Below, piece after piece: positions 7,906 through 17,838 of a stretch of 64,000 nt of DNA. Every line of letters starts with the position of its first letter. The first letter of the stretch is position 1. Position numbers and translations under genes: made by a program. The notes under the pieces are model-generated. The model was not told the origin of the DNA, ran no database searches, and worked only from the letters and a program-made list of their open reading frames with translations. This stretch comes from an uncultured Syntrophaceae bacterium (GTDB lineage Bacteria; Desulfobacterota; Syntrophia; Syntrophales; Fen-1087): contig CAYWTL010000002.1 in NCBI GenBank assembly GCA_964460245.1, forward strand, positions 1,220 to 65,219. The letters are read 5' to 3'.

Positions 7906-8793
7906 ATGCGTGAGTTTCTGGATCAGTATTTGAACTTTCTTTTCGTTGAAAGAGGATGCTCGAGAAACACTCTGGACGCCTATAGCCGCGACTTGAGCGG
8001 CTACCTCGATTTTGCCCGAAAAAGCGGTTGTGCGGTTCCCCGGGAAATTTCCCCCGACGTTGCCATGGCCTATCTCGCCGAACGGAAGAGCGCGGGACTT
8101 TCCGCCAGTTCCGTGAACCGCGCTCTGGCGGCGGTCCGAGGATTTCACAAGTACCTTTTGCGTGAAGGAATCGTGGATCGGAATCCCCTGGTGCGCATCG
8201 GGTTGGCACGGGTCTGGATGCGCCTGCCCGGAACGCTGAACCGGGATGAGATGAACCGACTGCTGGAGCAGCCCCTCCCGGAGGGCGATGCCGGATTGCG
8301 GGACCGGGCCATGCTTGAACTGATGTACGCGACGGGACTGCGCGCCTCCGAGTTGATCCAGCTCAAGATGAACGATATCAGCTGGCACGTCGGCTATCTC
8401 TCGACGATGGGCAAGGGGGGGAAGGCGCGGATCGTTCCGATCGGTCGGTGCGCAGGTGACTGGCTCCAGCGGTATGTCGAAAAATCAAGACCCCGGCTGA
8501 TCAAGGGACGTCAGAACGACCTGCTGTTTCTGAACCGGTCCGGACAGGGTCTCACGAGACAGGGATTCTGGAAAATCGTAAGAAAATACGCACTCAGGGC
8601 GGGGTTGGGAACAAAGGTTCATCCGCATACATTCAGACATTCGTTTGCGACCCACCTGTTGGAAGGGGGCGCCGATCTCCGGTCTGTGCAGATGATGCTG
8701 GGTCATGCCGACATTGCGACGACCCAGATCTACACCCATGTCACACGGGAGCGGCTGAAAGACATTCACAGGAAGTACCATCCGCGGAGCTGA
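7906..8793 (+). CDS. xerD: Site-specific tyrosine recombinase XerD
   Basis: 295 aa. N-terminal FLDQYLNFLFVERGCSRNTLDAYSRDL. Catalytic region ATGLRASEL..HPHTFRHSFATHLLEGGADLRSVQMMLGHADIATTQIYTHV (R..HxxR..H..Y). Confidence 0.9.
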   Translation: MREFLDQYLNFLFVERGCSRNTLDAYSRDLSGYLDFARKSGCAVPREISPDVAMAYLAERKSAGLSASSVNRALAAVRGFHKYLLREGIVDRNPLVRIGLARVWMRLPGTLNRDEMNRLLEQPLPEGDAGLRDRAMLELMYATGLRASELIQLKMNDISWHVGYLSTMGKGGKARIVPIGRCAGDWLQRYVEKSRPRLIKGRQNDLLFLNRSGQGLTRQGFWKIVRKYALRAGLGTKVHPHTFRHSFATHLLEGGADLRSVQMMLGHADIATTQIYTHVTRERLKDIHRKYHPRS

Positions 8794-8823
8794 AGGAAAG
8801 GGCGGAATGTTGTTTAACCTTAA

Positions 8824-8853
8824 TTAACAGGATTGCTTGATCTGAATGATAAT
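8824..8853 (+). promoter_or_regulatory. Candidate sigma70-type promoter upstream of the TPR gene
   Basis: TTAACA (8824-8829), 17/18-nt spacer, TGATAAT (8847-8853). Confidence 0.3.
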
Positions 8854-8870
8854 CTGCCGGAGTTCAACGC

Positions 8871-10886
8871 ATGGAATATGAATCGGGCCGGCCGACGGTA
8901 AGAAGGAAGATCAAACCTCCCGGGCGAAGGACAATCGCTCTCACCCTGGCCGCGGTTTTCGTCATCCTGCTGGGGGCAGGGGGATATGCGCTTTTTCCCC
9001 GGATTTCCGGAAAAGCGCCGATTTTCGCAACGCGGGCGGTCAACGCATTCTCCTTTTTCATCTTGGGCCGCAGTCCTCAATTCTATTATCTGCTTGTGGA
9101 GAAGAACGGGAGGGACTACCAGCTGACAGCGCAGGATGCATTTGACCTGTCCTACCGGGATGAATTCGTCATCAAGGGCATCGTTTCGGATGATCTGCTG
9201 GAAAGGGGCGTTGCTGTTGACGTGGAAGGGCTCGGCGAAAAGAACGACTACCGTCGGCTTCTCAAGGGAATCGAACTCGTCGACCAGTGGATGGCGATGA
9301 ACAAAGGCGGTCAGCCGACCGGTCAGGTTCCCGAACATCACATCAATGTGCTCTATCGTGACGGGGTGATCGCCCGGATTCCGATGAAAATCATCGTCAC
9401 GCCGCAGGATTTTCTCAGATACGCGAAGGATTCCGACGATAAGCGCCTGCAGGCGGACTATCTCAAACAGGCCATCGCCGTCAACCGCGAAGACACCCAG
9501 GTCCGGAAAATGCTGGCGGCGATCTATACCCGCCAGGGCAAAACGGCCGATGCGATCGCACTGTACCGGGAAGTCCTCGCCCGAAAGCCGGACGATGCCG
9601 CCGCCATGTCCGAGTTGCTCAAGTGTTACATGAACAGCAAGGACTATGACCAGGTCGTCAAAACGGGCGCCCTGCTGCTCAAGGTCAACCGGCAGGACGG
9701 CGCGACATTCGCCAACGTCGCTTATGCCTTGGGGAAGCTGAACCAGTGGGACCGGGCGATCGCGAATTACCGGGAGGCGGTGAGGCTGAGTCCCGACAAC
9801 GCCATTCTCCTCTACCGTCTGGGAGAGGCTTACGAGAAAAGCGGAAAAATCAGCGACGCCGCAGTCCAATACCGGAATTACCTGGCCAAGGTTCCAAAGG
9901 CAGATTACGCAATGATCGCCCTGGCGGACGTCTCCATCAAGACGGGCCAGACCGATGAGGCGATCAAGTGGTACCGGGAAGCCTTGAAGAAGCAGCCCCG
10001 AAACGCCGCAATCTATGCCAATCTGGGCCTCGCGTACCAGAAGAAGGGTATGATCCAGGAGGAGATTGCCAGTTACAGGCGGGCCGTGAAATTGAATCCG
10101 AAAGAATCCGTCGTGCAGTTGAATCTGGCTGCGGCCCTCGAGAAAAACAAGCAGAGCCGGGAGGCTGCCACGATATACCGGAAGTACGGCGACCGGAAAA
10201 CGGGCGATGCCGACGCCGTGGAACGGCTGGCGAATCTGGAGTACCGGGATAAAAATTATCCGCAGGCCATTCAGCTTTACGAGCAGATCGCCGCAAAATC
10301 GAAACGAAAGGCCATGATTCACGCCAATCTCGGATTTGCCTATGGTGAACTGAAAAAACTGCATCCATCGGCTGAAAACTACGAAAAGGCCGTCCGATAC
10401 GGCAACAAAGACCCCCAGATTCTGTACAACCTGGCCTACACCTACGGGAAGTTGGACAAAGCCAAAGAGGCCATCAGGGTTTACGAGCAGTACGCCGCCG
10501 TTCGCCCGACAGCCGATGTCCTGAACACGCTTTCGGATTACTACATCCGTGGCGGGCAGTATGACAGGGCAGTCGCAACCTATCAGAAGATTCTGCCGCT
10601 TCTCGCCAAGAAGGCGCCCGTGTATGCGAACCTCGGTCAGGCCTACGGTTTGAAAGGGAACCATGACAAGGCGGTCGAATTTTACAAACTCGCCCTGCGT
10701 CACGATCCGAAGGACGATGCGGTGTACGTCCGGCTGGGGGAAGCCTATGAAAAGAAGCAAATGTATGCGGAGGCGCTCAATGCCTATCGTTCCGCTTATG
10801 AATTGAACAGCGATTCGAAAAAAGCGGCAGAGCGGTTCCGGGCGCTGAAGATTCGTCTGCTGGAGCAGAAAAATCGGGAAGGGTAA
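8871..10886 (+). CDS. Membrane-anchored tetratricopeptide-repeat (TPR) protein
   Basis: 671 aa. N-terminal TM segment IALTLAAVFVILLGAGGYALF. A non-TPR region of about 150 aa follows. Then at least 12 TPR-like units (e.g. AIALYREVLARKPDDAAAMSELLKCYMNSKDY, AVEFYKLALRHDPKDDAVYVRLGEAYEKK). Confidence 0.85.
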   Translation: MEYESGRPTVRRKIKPPGRRTIALTLAAVFVILLGAGGYALFPRISGKAPIFATRAVNAFSFFILGRSPQFYYLLVEKNGRDYQLTAQDAFDLSYRDEFVIKGIVSDDLLERGVAVDVEGLGEKNDYRRLLKGIELVDQWMAMNKGGQPTGQVPEHHINVLYRDGVIARIPMKIIVTPQDFLRYAKDSDDKRLQADYLKQAIAVNREDTQVRKMLAAIYTRQGKTADAIALYREVLARKPDDAAAMSELLKCYMNSKDYDQVVKTGALLLKVNRQDGATFANVAYALGKLNQWDRAIANYREAVRLSPDNAILLYRLGEAYEKSGKISDAAVQYRNYLAKVPKADYAMIALADVSIKTGQTDEAIKWYREALKKQPRNAAIYANLGLAYQKKGMIQEEIASYRRAVKLNPKESVVQLNLAAALEKNKQSREAATIYRKYGDRKTGDADAVERLANLEYRDKNYPQAIQLYEQIAAKSKRKAMIHANLGFAYGELKKLHPSAENYEKAVRYGNKDPQILYNLAYTYGKLDKAKEAIRVYEQYAAVRPTADVLNTLSDYYIRGGQYDRAVATYQKILPLLAKKAPVYANLGQAYGLKGNHDKAVEFYKLALRHDPKDDAVYVRLGEAYEKKQMYAEALNAYRSAYELNSDSKKAAERFRALKIRLLEQKNREG

Positions 10887-10894
10887 TCGGAATA

Positions 10895-11749
10895 TTGAAA
10901 CGGCATCGGGAAGAAAAGCGTCAGATCCGCCTGGATGGAATGGTCATCGGCGGGGACGCGCCGTTTGCGCTGATCGCGGGGCCCTGCGTCATCGAGGATG
11001 AAGCGAAAACCATGGCGCTTGCCGATGATTTGAAAAAGCTGACGGGCCGTCTTCGGATTCCCTTCATCTTCAAGGCCTCCTATGACAAGGCAAATCGAAC
11101 CTCCCTCGGCGCCTACCGGGGGCCTGGTCTTCGGGAGGGTCTGCGGATTCTGAAGAAAGTCAGAAAGGATTGCGACGTTCCCGTACTGACGGACGTCCAT
11201 CGTTTCGAGGAGATCGGACCGTCGGCGAAGGTTGCTGACATTCTTCAGGTTCCGGCCTTCCTGTGCCGGCAGACCGACTTTGTGATCGAAATTGCCAGGC
11301 AGGCCAGGGCCGTCAACATCAAGAAAGGACAGTTTCTGGCGCCCTGGGATGTGAAAAACATCCTTCAGAAGGCTGTGTCTACGGGAAATGAAAACATCAT
11401 GATCACGGAGCGGGGCGCCAGTTTCGGTTACAATAACCTTGTGGCGGACTTCCGGTCAATTCCGGAGATGCGGGCCATGGGGTATCCGGTCGTTTTTGAC
11501 GCGACCCACAGCGTCCAGCTTCCCGGCGGTCAGGGAACATCATCCGGCGGTCAGCGCGAGATGGTTTCCTATCTCGCGAGGGCTGCGGCCGCCGTCGGCA
11601 TGGACGGCCTTTTTCTGGAGGTGCACCCGGATCCGGACTGCGCCCTTTGTGACGGGCCGAATTCTCTGGCGGTTCAGGATCTTCCGGATCTCCTTCGTCT
11701 GCTGGTTCGGATCGATCGGCTGGTCAAGGTTCGACCGGGCTTGCGGTAA
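10895..11749 (+). CDS. kdsA: 3-deoxy-8-phosphooctulonate synthase
   Basis: APFALIAGPCVIEDE..FKASYDKANRTS..DVH..QVPAFLCRQTD..NIKKGQF..ERG..FDATHSVQLPG are typical KdsA blocks. TTG start at 10895 fits the N-terminal alignment length better than ATG 10940. Confidence 0.9.
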   Translation: MKRHREEKRQIRLDGMVIGGDAPFALIAGPCVIEDEAKTMALADDLKKLTGRLRIPFIFKASYDKANRTSLGAYRGPGLREGLRILKKVRKDCDVPVLTDVHRFEEIGPSAKVADILQVPAFLCRQTDFVIEIARQARAVNIKKGQFLAPWDVKNILQKAVSTGNENIMITERGASFGYNNLVADFRSIPEMRAMGYPVVFDATHSVQLPGGQGTSSGGQREMVSYLARAAAAVGMDGLFLEVHPDPDCALCDGPNSLAVQDLPDLLRLLVRIDRLVKVRPGLR

Positions 11750-11774
11750 ATGGGATGAATGCGGGAGGGTGCCG

Positions 11775-12359
11775 ATGATGAGTGCCGGTGATGCGCCGCT
11801 GGACGAAAAGATCAAACCCATAAAGGTGCTGATGCTCGATGTGGACGGCGTTCTGACGGATGGCCGGATCATCATGGATGACAGAGGGGGGGAGACGAAG
11901 CATTTTGACGTCAAGGACGGTCATGGCCTGAAAATGCTCATGCGCTGCGGGATTTCCGTCGTCCTGATCACCGGGAGGCAGTCGGATGTCGTTTTGCACC
12001 GTGCCCGGGACCTTGGGATTATGGAAGTCCATCAGTCGATCTGGGATAAAGCCGCTGTTTTTGAAAAGCTCCTCGCCAGGATGGATCTCCGTCCGACAGA
12101 GGTAGCCTATGTGGGGGACGATGTCGTCGATATCCCTCTCTTCCGGAGAGTCGGTTTCGCCGTTGCGGTGCGGGACGCGGTGCCGGAAGCGAAAAGCGCG
12201 GCTCACTACGTGACCCGGAAAAGGGGCGGAAGGGGGGCTGTTCGGGAAGTCTGCGAGATCATCATGAAAGCCCGGAATCAATGGGGCGAAGTGGCGAGGA
12301 AATATGAATTTTCCGAATCATTTGATTTGCCTGATTCGCCTTTACTTCTGGAACCATGA
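11775..12359 (+). CDS. kdsC: 3-deoxy-D-manno-octulosonate 8-phosphate phosphatase (HAD family)
   Basis: IKVLMLDVDGVLTDGRI..KHFDVKDGHGLK..VVLITGR..AYVGDDVVDIP..HYVTRKRGGRGAVREVCE. ATG 11775 follows GGGAGGG. The ORF-track start at 11439 is a stop-free extension overlapping kdsA. Confidence 0.9.
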   Translation: MMSAGDAPLDEKIKPIKVLMLDVDGVLTDGRIIMDDRGGETKHFDVKDGHGLKMLMRCGISVVLITGRQSDVVLHRARDLGIMEVHQSIWDKAAVFEKLLARMDLRPTEVAYVGDDVVDIPLFRRVGFAVAVRDAVPEAKSAAHYVTRKRGGRGAVREVCEIIMKARNQWGEVARKYEFSESFDLPDSPLLLEP

Positions 12360-12931
12360 ATGCTATAAATCTCAACAGGATCAGAAGGAAAACCTGGATA
12401 TTCGCGGGCTTGGCTTTTTTGGTGATTCTGTCGGTCTCCATTGCGCTGAAGGTGGCGAATGACAGGAAAGCGCCCCAGAAGATCCTGAAGGTCATGGCGG
12501 AAAATATCGATCTTCAGGTGAAGAATGTCATCTACACCGATATCGGCCAGTCGGGTGAAAAATGGGAGATCAAAGCGGATACGGCGCAATACCTCAAGAA
12601 GGAGAACGTGGCCCTTTTTGAAAAAATCCGGGTCCGAATGCTGACGGCCGATGGAAAGTCCTTTACCCTGGCGGGAGACAAAGGGCGTTTTCAGACCGAG
12701 AAAAAAGATATTGAAATTGAGGGCAATGTCGAGGGAACCGCTGACAGCGGCGAGCGTTTCACAACGGATAAATTGAGCTACAACAATGCCGAAGGGAAGA
12801 TATACACGAATTCGCCGGTGACCATGGAAAGCGGACAGATGAAAATCACGGGGACCGGCCTGACCGTCAACATGAAAAGCGGCGAGTTGAAACTTGTTTC
12901 CAAGGTCAAGGCCGAAATCAAATTGAAATGA
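12356..12931 (+). CDS. lptC: LPS export system protein LptC
   Basis: 191 aa. N-terminal TM anchor WIFAGLAFLVILSVSIAL, then a beta-jellyroll-like repeat pattern. Sits in the kdsC-lptC-lptA-lptB order. ATGA overlap with kdsC. Confidence 0.8.
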   Translation: MNAINLNRIRRKTWIFAGLAFLVILSVSIALKVANDRKAPQKILKVMAENIDLQVKNVIYTDIGQSGEKWEIKADTAQYLKKENVALFEKIRVRMLTADGKSFTLAGDKGRFQTEKKDIEIEGNVEGTADSGERFTTDKLSYNNAEGKIYTNSPVTMESGQMKITGTGLTVNMKSGELKLVSKVKAEIKLK

Positions 12932-13536
12932 TTGAAAAAATGTTTACAGATATTCAAGACAAAAAGAGCATCCTCATCCTGTTAATCTCGTTTTGGGCCG
13001 TTTCCATGCTGTTGGCGGTGGTGCCCGGAACGGCTCTGGCAAAGCAGGCGGCATCGAACCAGAAAAAGGCGAAAGTGGACAGGAATCAGCCGATTCAAAT
13101 CGTTTCAGACCGGCTGGATGCGTACGATGAAACGAAAAACGTCATTTTTTCGGGAAATGCAGTCGCGACTCAGGGAGACAAAGTCATCAAGGCGGACCGG
13201 CTGATCATTCATTACAAGGAGAGTCCTGAAAAGACGAAGAAAAAGGAAGTCCGGGGAATGGGTGAGGCGGGCGATCTGGATCAGGTCGAGGCTGTGGGCC
13301 ACGTCATCATAACCCAGACCGGCCGGGTCGTGACGGGTGACCATGCGATTTTTTATCAGGATTCGCAGAAGGTCGTCATGACGGGAAACGCCGTCATGCG
13401 CGAGGGCAAGAACGTGATCGTCGGCCACAGAATCATCGTCTATCTGGACGAGGATCGGGGCGTCGTCGAGAGCGACCAGAACAAGCGGGTGACGGCGACG
13501 ATTTATCCAAGCGAAAAGAAGCAGGAAAAGAAATAG
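12928..13536 (+). CDS. lptA: LPS transport periplasmic protein LptA (OstA-like)
   Basis: Signal peptide ..VPGTALAKQ. OstA-like blocks PIQIVSDRLDAYDETKNVIFSGNAVATQGDKVIKADRLIIHY and TGNAVMREGKNVIVGHRIIVYLD. ATGA overlap with lptC. Confidence 0.85.
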   Translation: MIEKMFTDIQDKKSILILLISFWAVSMLLAVVPGTALAKQAASNQKKAKVDRNQPIQIVSDRLDAYDETKNVIFSGNAVATQGDKVIKADRLIIHYKESPEKTKKKEVRGMGEAGDLDQVEAVGHVIITQTGRVVTGDHAIFYQDSQKVVMTGNAVMREGKNVIVGHRIIVYLDEDRGVVESDQNKRVTATIYPSEKKQEKK

Positions 13537-13600
13537 CCTCCTTTCACGGGGACGAATCCTTTCCAACCGGCCATGACCGAAAACCGGCATATCGTTGCAG

Positions 13601-14323
13601 ATGAAAAAGCTGTCCGCAGTCGGGCTGATCAAAATCTACGGTGGAAGGAAGGTCGTCAACGAGATTGACCTGGAGATTTATCCCGGAGAAGTGGTCGGAC
13701 TTCTTGGACCCAACGGAGCGGGCAAGACCACAACTTTTTACATGATTACCGGGCTGATTCAGCCGGACGGCGGGCATATCTATCTGGATCGGGAAGACAT
13801 CGGCCGACACCCCATGTACATCCGCGCCAGAAAGGGCATAAACTATCTGCCTCAGGAACCTTCCATTTTCCGGAAACTGACGGTTGGAGAAAATATCATG
13901 GCGATTCTGGAAACGCTGGACGTCGCACAGGAAATTCGGAACCGGCGTTTAAAGGAACTTCTGGCGGAACTGGATCTGTCATCCCTGGCCGATCAATATG
14001 CCTATTCGCTGTCCGGCGGCGAAAGGAGGAGGGTCGAAATCACCCGGGCCCTTGTCACGTCTCCGAAATATATCCTGCTGGATGAACCCTTCGCGGGCAT
14101 CGATCCCCTGGCCGTGGCGGATATCCAGAAGATCATTTTCAAACTGAAAGCCAAAGGCATCGGCGTGATCATTTCCGATCATAACGTCCGGGAAACGCTT
14201 TCCGTCTGCAGCAGGGCCTACATTGTCAACGAGGGGAAAATTCTCGTTGAGGGAGACCCTGAGACGATCGCGAATTGCGAAGCGGCGCGAAAAATCTATT
14301 TTGGCGAGGATTTTTACCTGTAA
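13601..14323 (+). CDS. lptB: LPS export ABC transporter ATP-binding protein LptB
   Basis: Walker A GPNGAGKTT, signature LSGGERRRVEI, Walker B ILLDEPFAGIDP, H-loop SDHNVRE. ATG 13601 preferred over TTG 13595. Confidence 0.93.
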   Translation: MKKLSAVGLIKIYGGRKVVNEIDLEIYPGEVVGLLGPNGAGKTTTFYMITGLIQPDGGHIYLDREDIGRHPMYIRARKGINYLPQEPSIFRKLTVGENIMAILETLDVAQEIRNRRLKELLAELDLSSLADQYAYSLSGGERRRVEITRALVTSPKYILLDEPFAGIDPLAVADIQKIIFKLKAKGIGVIISDHNVRETLSVCSRAYIVNEGKILVEGDPETIANCEAARKIYFGEDFYL

Positions 14324-14324
14324 A

Positions 14325-15788
14325 ATGGCCTTCGAGCTGAAGCAGAATCTGAAACTGACCCAGCAGCTGATCATGACGCCGCAGTTGCAGCAGGCGATCA
14401 AGCTGTTGCAGCTCTCCCGCCTCGAACTGGTCGATACCATCAATCAGGAGATGGAGGAAAATCCGCTCCTTGAAGAGATTTCAGCGGAAGACGAACAGGA
14501 GCGGATGACGGATACCGAAGCGGATGGGATTCCGGTCGTTGAACGGGAAGAGATCAAAGCCATCGACCGCATGGACGAACTGACCGGTGAGGGAGACGGC
14601 AGGGAAGATTTTGACTGGAATGGCTATCTCGAAGATTACGGACCGGTGGGGATCACCTATGACCGCCTCGACAGCGAGGCCCCGCCCTGGGAAAATATGC
14701 TGACGGCCCTTCCTTCCCTGACGGATCACCTGATGTGGCAGCTGAAACTGACCCGCTGCTCCGAGCAGGAAGCGAGAATCGGCGAACAGATCATCGGAAA
14801 CCTGGACCAGAATGGATACCTGACCGTGGATGTAGAGGAAATCGCCCTCTCGGAGAAGGTTGAGGCGGGGTGCGTTGAAGAAATGCTCAAGAGAATACAG
14901 GAATTCGATCCGCCGGGGATTGCCGCCCGGGATTTGAAGGAGTGTCTATTGATTCAGGCGCGCCTGCTCGAACTTCACAACCCGTTGGCCGAAGGCATCA
15001 TCCGGGAGCATCTGCGAGACCTGGAACTGAAGAATTACACCCATATTGCCAGAAAAATGAAGTATCCCCTTTCCGATGTGCTCCATGCCGTCCAACTGAT
15101 CAGCAACATGGATCCGAAGCCGGGCAGGATCTACAGCGAGGAAAGGATCCAGTCGATCATTCCGGATGTCTATGTTTTCAAATCCGGGGACGACTACAAA
15201 ATCGTTCTGAATGATGACGGCCTTCCGCGGTTGAGAATCAGCAACTTTTACCGGGAAATCATGATGGCGGGCAACGCCAGCGCCGATCAGGAAAACGGGA
15301 AAAAGTATGTCAAGGAAAAGGTTCAATCGGCAACCTGGCTGATTAAAAGCATCCAGCAGCGGCAAAAGACCATTTATCGGGTGGCGGAGAGCATCGTCGA
15401 ACATCAGAAGGATTTTTTCGAGAAAGGGATTCAATACCTGAAACCGTTGATACTCCGCGATATTGCCGATGATGTCCGGATGCATGAATCGACCATCAGC
15501 CGTGTGGTCACCAACAAGTATATGCAAACGCCCAGGGGTATCTTCGAACTCAAGTATTTTTTCAGCAGCGGCATCAGCCGGTCAAACGGCGACGATATCG
15601 CCTCCAAAAGCGTGAAGGAAGAAATCCGGAGAATTGTCGGCGGGGAAAACCCCAGAAATCCCTACAGTGACAACGAGATTGTCGAGCTGCTCGATAAAGT
15701 GGGGATATCGATTGCCCGAAGGACTGTTGCCAAGTACAGGGAAGGCATGAGAATTCTGCCTTCTTCGCGGAGAAAAAAGTTGTTTTGA
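14325..15788 (+). CDS. rpoN: RNA polymerase sigma-54 factor
   Basis: N-terminus MAFELKQNLKLTQQLIMTPQLQQAIKLLQLSRLEL. C-terminal HTH and RpoN box ISIARRTVAKYREGMRI. ATG 14325 lies 1 nt after the lptB stop. Confidence 0.95.
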   Translation: MAFELKQNLKLTQQLIMTPQLQQAIKLLQLSRLELVDTINQEMEENPLLEEISAEDEQERMTDTEADGIPVVEREEIKAIDRMDELTGEGDGREDFDWNGYLEDYGPVGITYDRLDSEAPPWENMLTALPSLTDHLMWQLKLTRCSEQEARIGEQIIGNLDQNGYLTVDVEEIALSEKVEAGCVEEMLKRIQEFDPPGIAARDLKECLLIQARLLELHNPLAEGIIREHLRDLELKNYTHIARKMKYPLSDVLHAVQLISNMDPKPGRIYSEERIQSIIPDVYVFKSGDDYKIVLNDDGLPRLRISNFYREIMMAGNASADQENGKKYVKEKVQSATWLIKSIQQRQKTIYRVAESIVEHQKDFFEKGIQYLKPLILRDIADDVRMHESTISRVVTNKYMQTPRGIFELKYFFSSGISRSNGDDIASKSVKEEIRRIVGGENPRNPYSDNEIVELLDKVGISIARRTVAKYREGMRILPSSRRKKLF

Positions 15789-15800
15789 TCCAGATGGGTG

Positions 15801-15829
15801 TTGACTTTTCGAAACAACGAAAATACATT
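15801..15829 (+). promoter_or_regulatory. Candidate sigma70-type promoter for hpf-ptsN-hprK-rapZ
   Basis: TTGACT (15801-15806), 17-nt spacer, TACATT (15824-15829), in the 140-nt rpoN-hpf gap. Confidence 0.4.
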
Positions 15830-15928
15830 TGTAAGTCTTGCGCGTTCGGCGTTGCCCGGCTGATATTTCGACCGGCGCGCACGAGGATGCGTCGTGGGGC
15901 CAGGTCATTATAACAGGAGGACAGGTTT

Positions 15929-16468
15929 ATGAAGATTTCTGTAACATTCAGGAATGCAGAGGGAGAAAGTTGGCAGAAGGAGTATGTGGATGATCGCTTG
16001 AAAAAAATGAAGAAGTACATTGATCGTCCCGTTGAAGCGCATGTGGTTCTCTCCGTTGAAAAGTTCAGGAATGTAGCGGAAGTGAATTTGATGGCCGACG
16101 GTCTGAATGTGAACGCGAAAGAAGAGTCGAAAGACATGCATCTCGCGATTGATAATGCCATTGAAAAAATCGAGCGTCAACTGAAGAAGCGAAAGGAAAA
16201 AATCAGGGGTCACAAAACCAACTTGACCCGCTCCGAAGGAATCACCGCTGTTTCCGGCCTGCCGGAGGAGGCGGAGGAGTCGTTGGATTCAAGGGTGGTC
16301 GAAACGAGGAGAATTGTTTTGAAGCCCATGTCCCTGGACGACGCCATGATGGAGATCGAGGACTCCAAGAACCGGTTTATCATGTATCGGGATGCGCTGA
16401 CGGAAAATGTCAGTCTGATCTATCGGCGTGACGACGGTCTTTTTGCGCTCATCGAGACAAACAGCTGA
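15929..16468 (+). CDS. hpf: Ribosome hibernation promoting factor (long form)
   Basis: MKISVTFRNAEGESWQKEYVDDRLKKMKKY..VVLSVEKFRNVAEVNL..DMHLAIDNAIEKIERQLKKRKEK plus a C-terminal dimerisation-type extension (FIMYRDALTENVSLIYRRDDGLFALIE). AGGAGG RBS. Confidence 0.9.
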   Translation: MKISVTFRNAEGESWQKEYVDDRLKKMKKYIDRPVEAHVVLSVEKFRNVAEVNLMADGLNVNAKEESKDMHLAIDNAIEKIERQLKKRKEKIRGHKTNLTRSEGITAVSGLPEEAEESLDSRVVETRRIVLKPMSLDDAMMEIEDSKNRFIMYRDALTENVSLIYRRDDGLFALIETNS

Positions 16469-16485
16469 TCACCGGGGAAGGGCGC

Positions 16486-16950
16486 ATGAAAATCATCGAC
16501 ATGCTGAACATCGAGGATATCCTGACGGACTTGAGGTCCGACAACAAGGAGGATGTCCTCAGGGAATTGGTCCAGCCGCTTGTCAAAGGACCCCGGAACG
16601 TGGATGCCGATGCCACTGTCCATGCGCTGCATGAAAGAGAACGACTGGGCAGCACGGGCATCGGTGATGGAATTGCCATTCCCCATGGAAAAATCCAGGG
16701 ACTGGACAGGCTCGTCCTCGCTTTTGGCCGCAGCGCAGCGGGGATCAGCTTTGATGCGATGGACGGCAAGCCGGTCCACCTGTTCTTTTTGTTGATTGCG
16801 CCGGAAAATTCAGCGGGACTGCACCTCAAGGCATTGGCCAAGATATCGAAAATGCTGAAGGACGGGGCTTTTCGGATAAAGCTGATGACCGCCCGGACGA
16901 GGGAAGACCTCTTCAAGATCATCGCGGATCAGGATGATCTCATATCATGA
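16486..16950 (+). CDS. ptsN: PTS-Ntr EIIA nitrogen regulatory protein
   Basis: 154 aa. ERERLGSTGIGDGIAIPHGKI contains the phosphorylatable His motif. HLFFLLIAPE follows. Canonical position after hpf. Confidence 0.88.
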   Translation: MKIIDMLNIEDILTDLRSDNKEDVLRELVQPLVKGPRNVDADATVHALHERERLGSTGIGDGIAIPHGKIQGLDRLVLAFGRSAAGISFDAMDGKPVHLFFLLIAPENSAGLHLKALAKISKMLKDGAFRIKLMTARTREDLFKIIADQDDLIS

Positions 16951-16974
16951 ACGGTGCTGCGTTGTTCCAGGATC

Positions 16975-17838
16975 ATGCCGGTTGTGACGATCGAAGATCT
17001 GCTGCGCGGTGCGGAACATAGGCTGGGCCTGCCGGACACGAGCGACTTGCCGGGGTTGAGGCGGCGCGTGGCCCAGGCCCGGGTCCAGTCTCTGGAAGAC
17101 CGTAATCCGCAGCAACTGCTTCCGGGTGTCGCATTGATCATCCCCGTTCCGATTCTTTCCCGCTGGACGCGCCATCCGGAAGAACGCATTCGCGTCCTGA
17201 AAATCATCTCCTCCTTGCGCATTCCCGTCCTGTTTCTTCCCCGGTCGCGCCGTGTTCCAGGTTATTTCGAGCCGCTGATCGGGCAAAACCGGATTTGCGT
17301 GATGCCGTCGGTTCATGATGCGTTCCTGCTGGAGAGCCGTCTCAGGGGCCGGCTTCGGGAAAAGATCGAGCGGATCTGCTACGTGCACGGTGTACTTCTG
17401 AACCTCTTCGGCAGAGGGGTTCTGATCGCGGGAGACAGCGGCATGGGGAAAACCACGCTGGGCATGGAACTGGCGCGGCGGGGCCATCACTGGGTGGCCG
17501 ACGACATCATCGAGATCGAGAGAAGAGGATGCCGCCTTCATGCACGCGGCCATCGGCGGTCGCGCAACCTGGTTCATGTGAAAGCATCGGGAATCACCCC
17601 GATCAGACGTCTGATTCGGCATCGGAGCCGGCTGCCTGAAACGGTTCTCGATCTGATCCTTGAACTGGTCCGGAACAAGCGTGCGCCCGGCGCCTCAACC
17701 CGTGAAAAAGAGCCCCGTGAGATTCTGGATATCGCTGTGCCCCGCCTCAAGCTGGCCGTGGCATGCGGGCGATACGCGGACGTTTCGCAGGCCGAACGGG
17801 CTGTTCACTCCTTTTTCAAAGGCAGGGAGGAAAAATGA
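16975..17838 (+). CDS. hprK: HPr kinase/phosphorylase-like protein (divergent)
   Basis: P-loop [30 protein letters not shown] is typical of the HprK/P C-terminal domain. Lies between ptsN and rapZ. The rest is Arg/His-rich and diverged. ATG 16975 preferred over GTG 16954. Confidence 0.6.
   Translation: MPVVTIEDLLRGAEHRLGLPDTSDLPGLRRRVAQARVQSLEDRNPQQLLPGVALIIPVPILSRWTRHPEERIRVLKIISSLRIPVLFLPRSRRVPGYFEPLIGQNRICVMPSVHDAFLLESRLRGRLREKIERICYVHGVLLNLFGRGVLIAGDSGMGKTTLGMELARRGHHWVADDIIEIERRGCRLHARGHRRSRNLVHVKASGITPIRRLIRHRSRLPETVLDLILELVRNKRAPGASTREKEPREILDIAVPRLKLAVACGRYADVSQAERAVHSFFKGREEK

Noticed and set aside
7906-8793. Tyrosine recombinase as a possible marker of an integrated mobile element
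   Set aside because: The sequence is XerD-like in its N-terminal and catalytic blocks. No adjacent tRNA, direct repeats, phage or transposon genes are present. Flanking genes are core metabolism with similar composition.
8820-10760. 646-aa ORF antisense to the TPR gene
   Set aside because: The plus strand shows regular 34-residue TPR periodicity. The antisense product is low-complexity (V/L/G/R/D/Q) with no motif.
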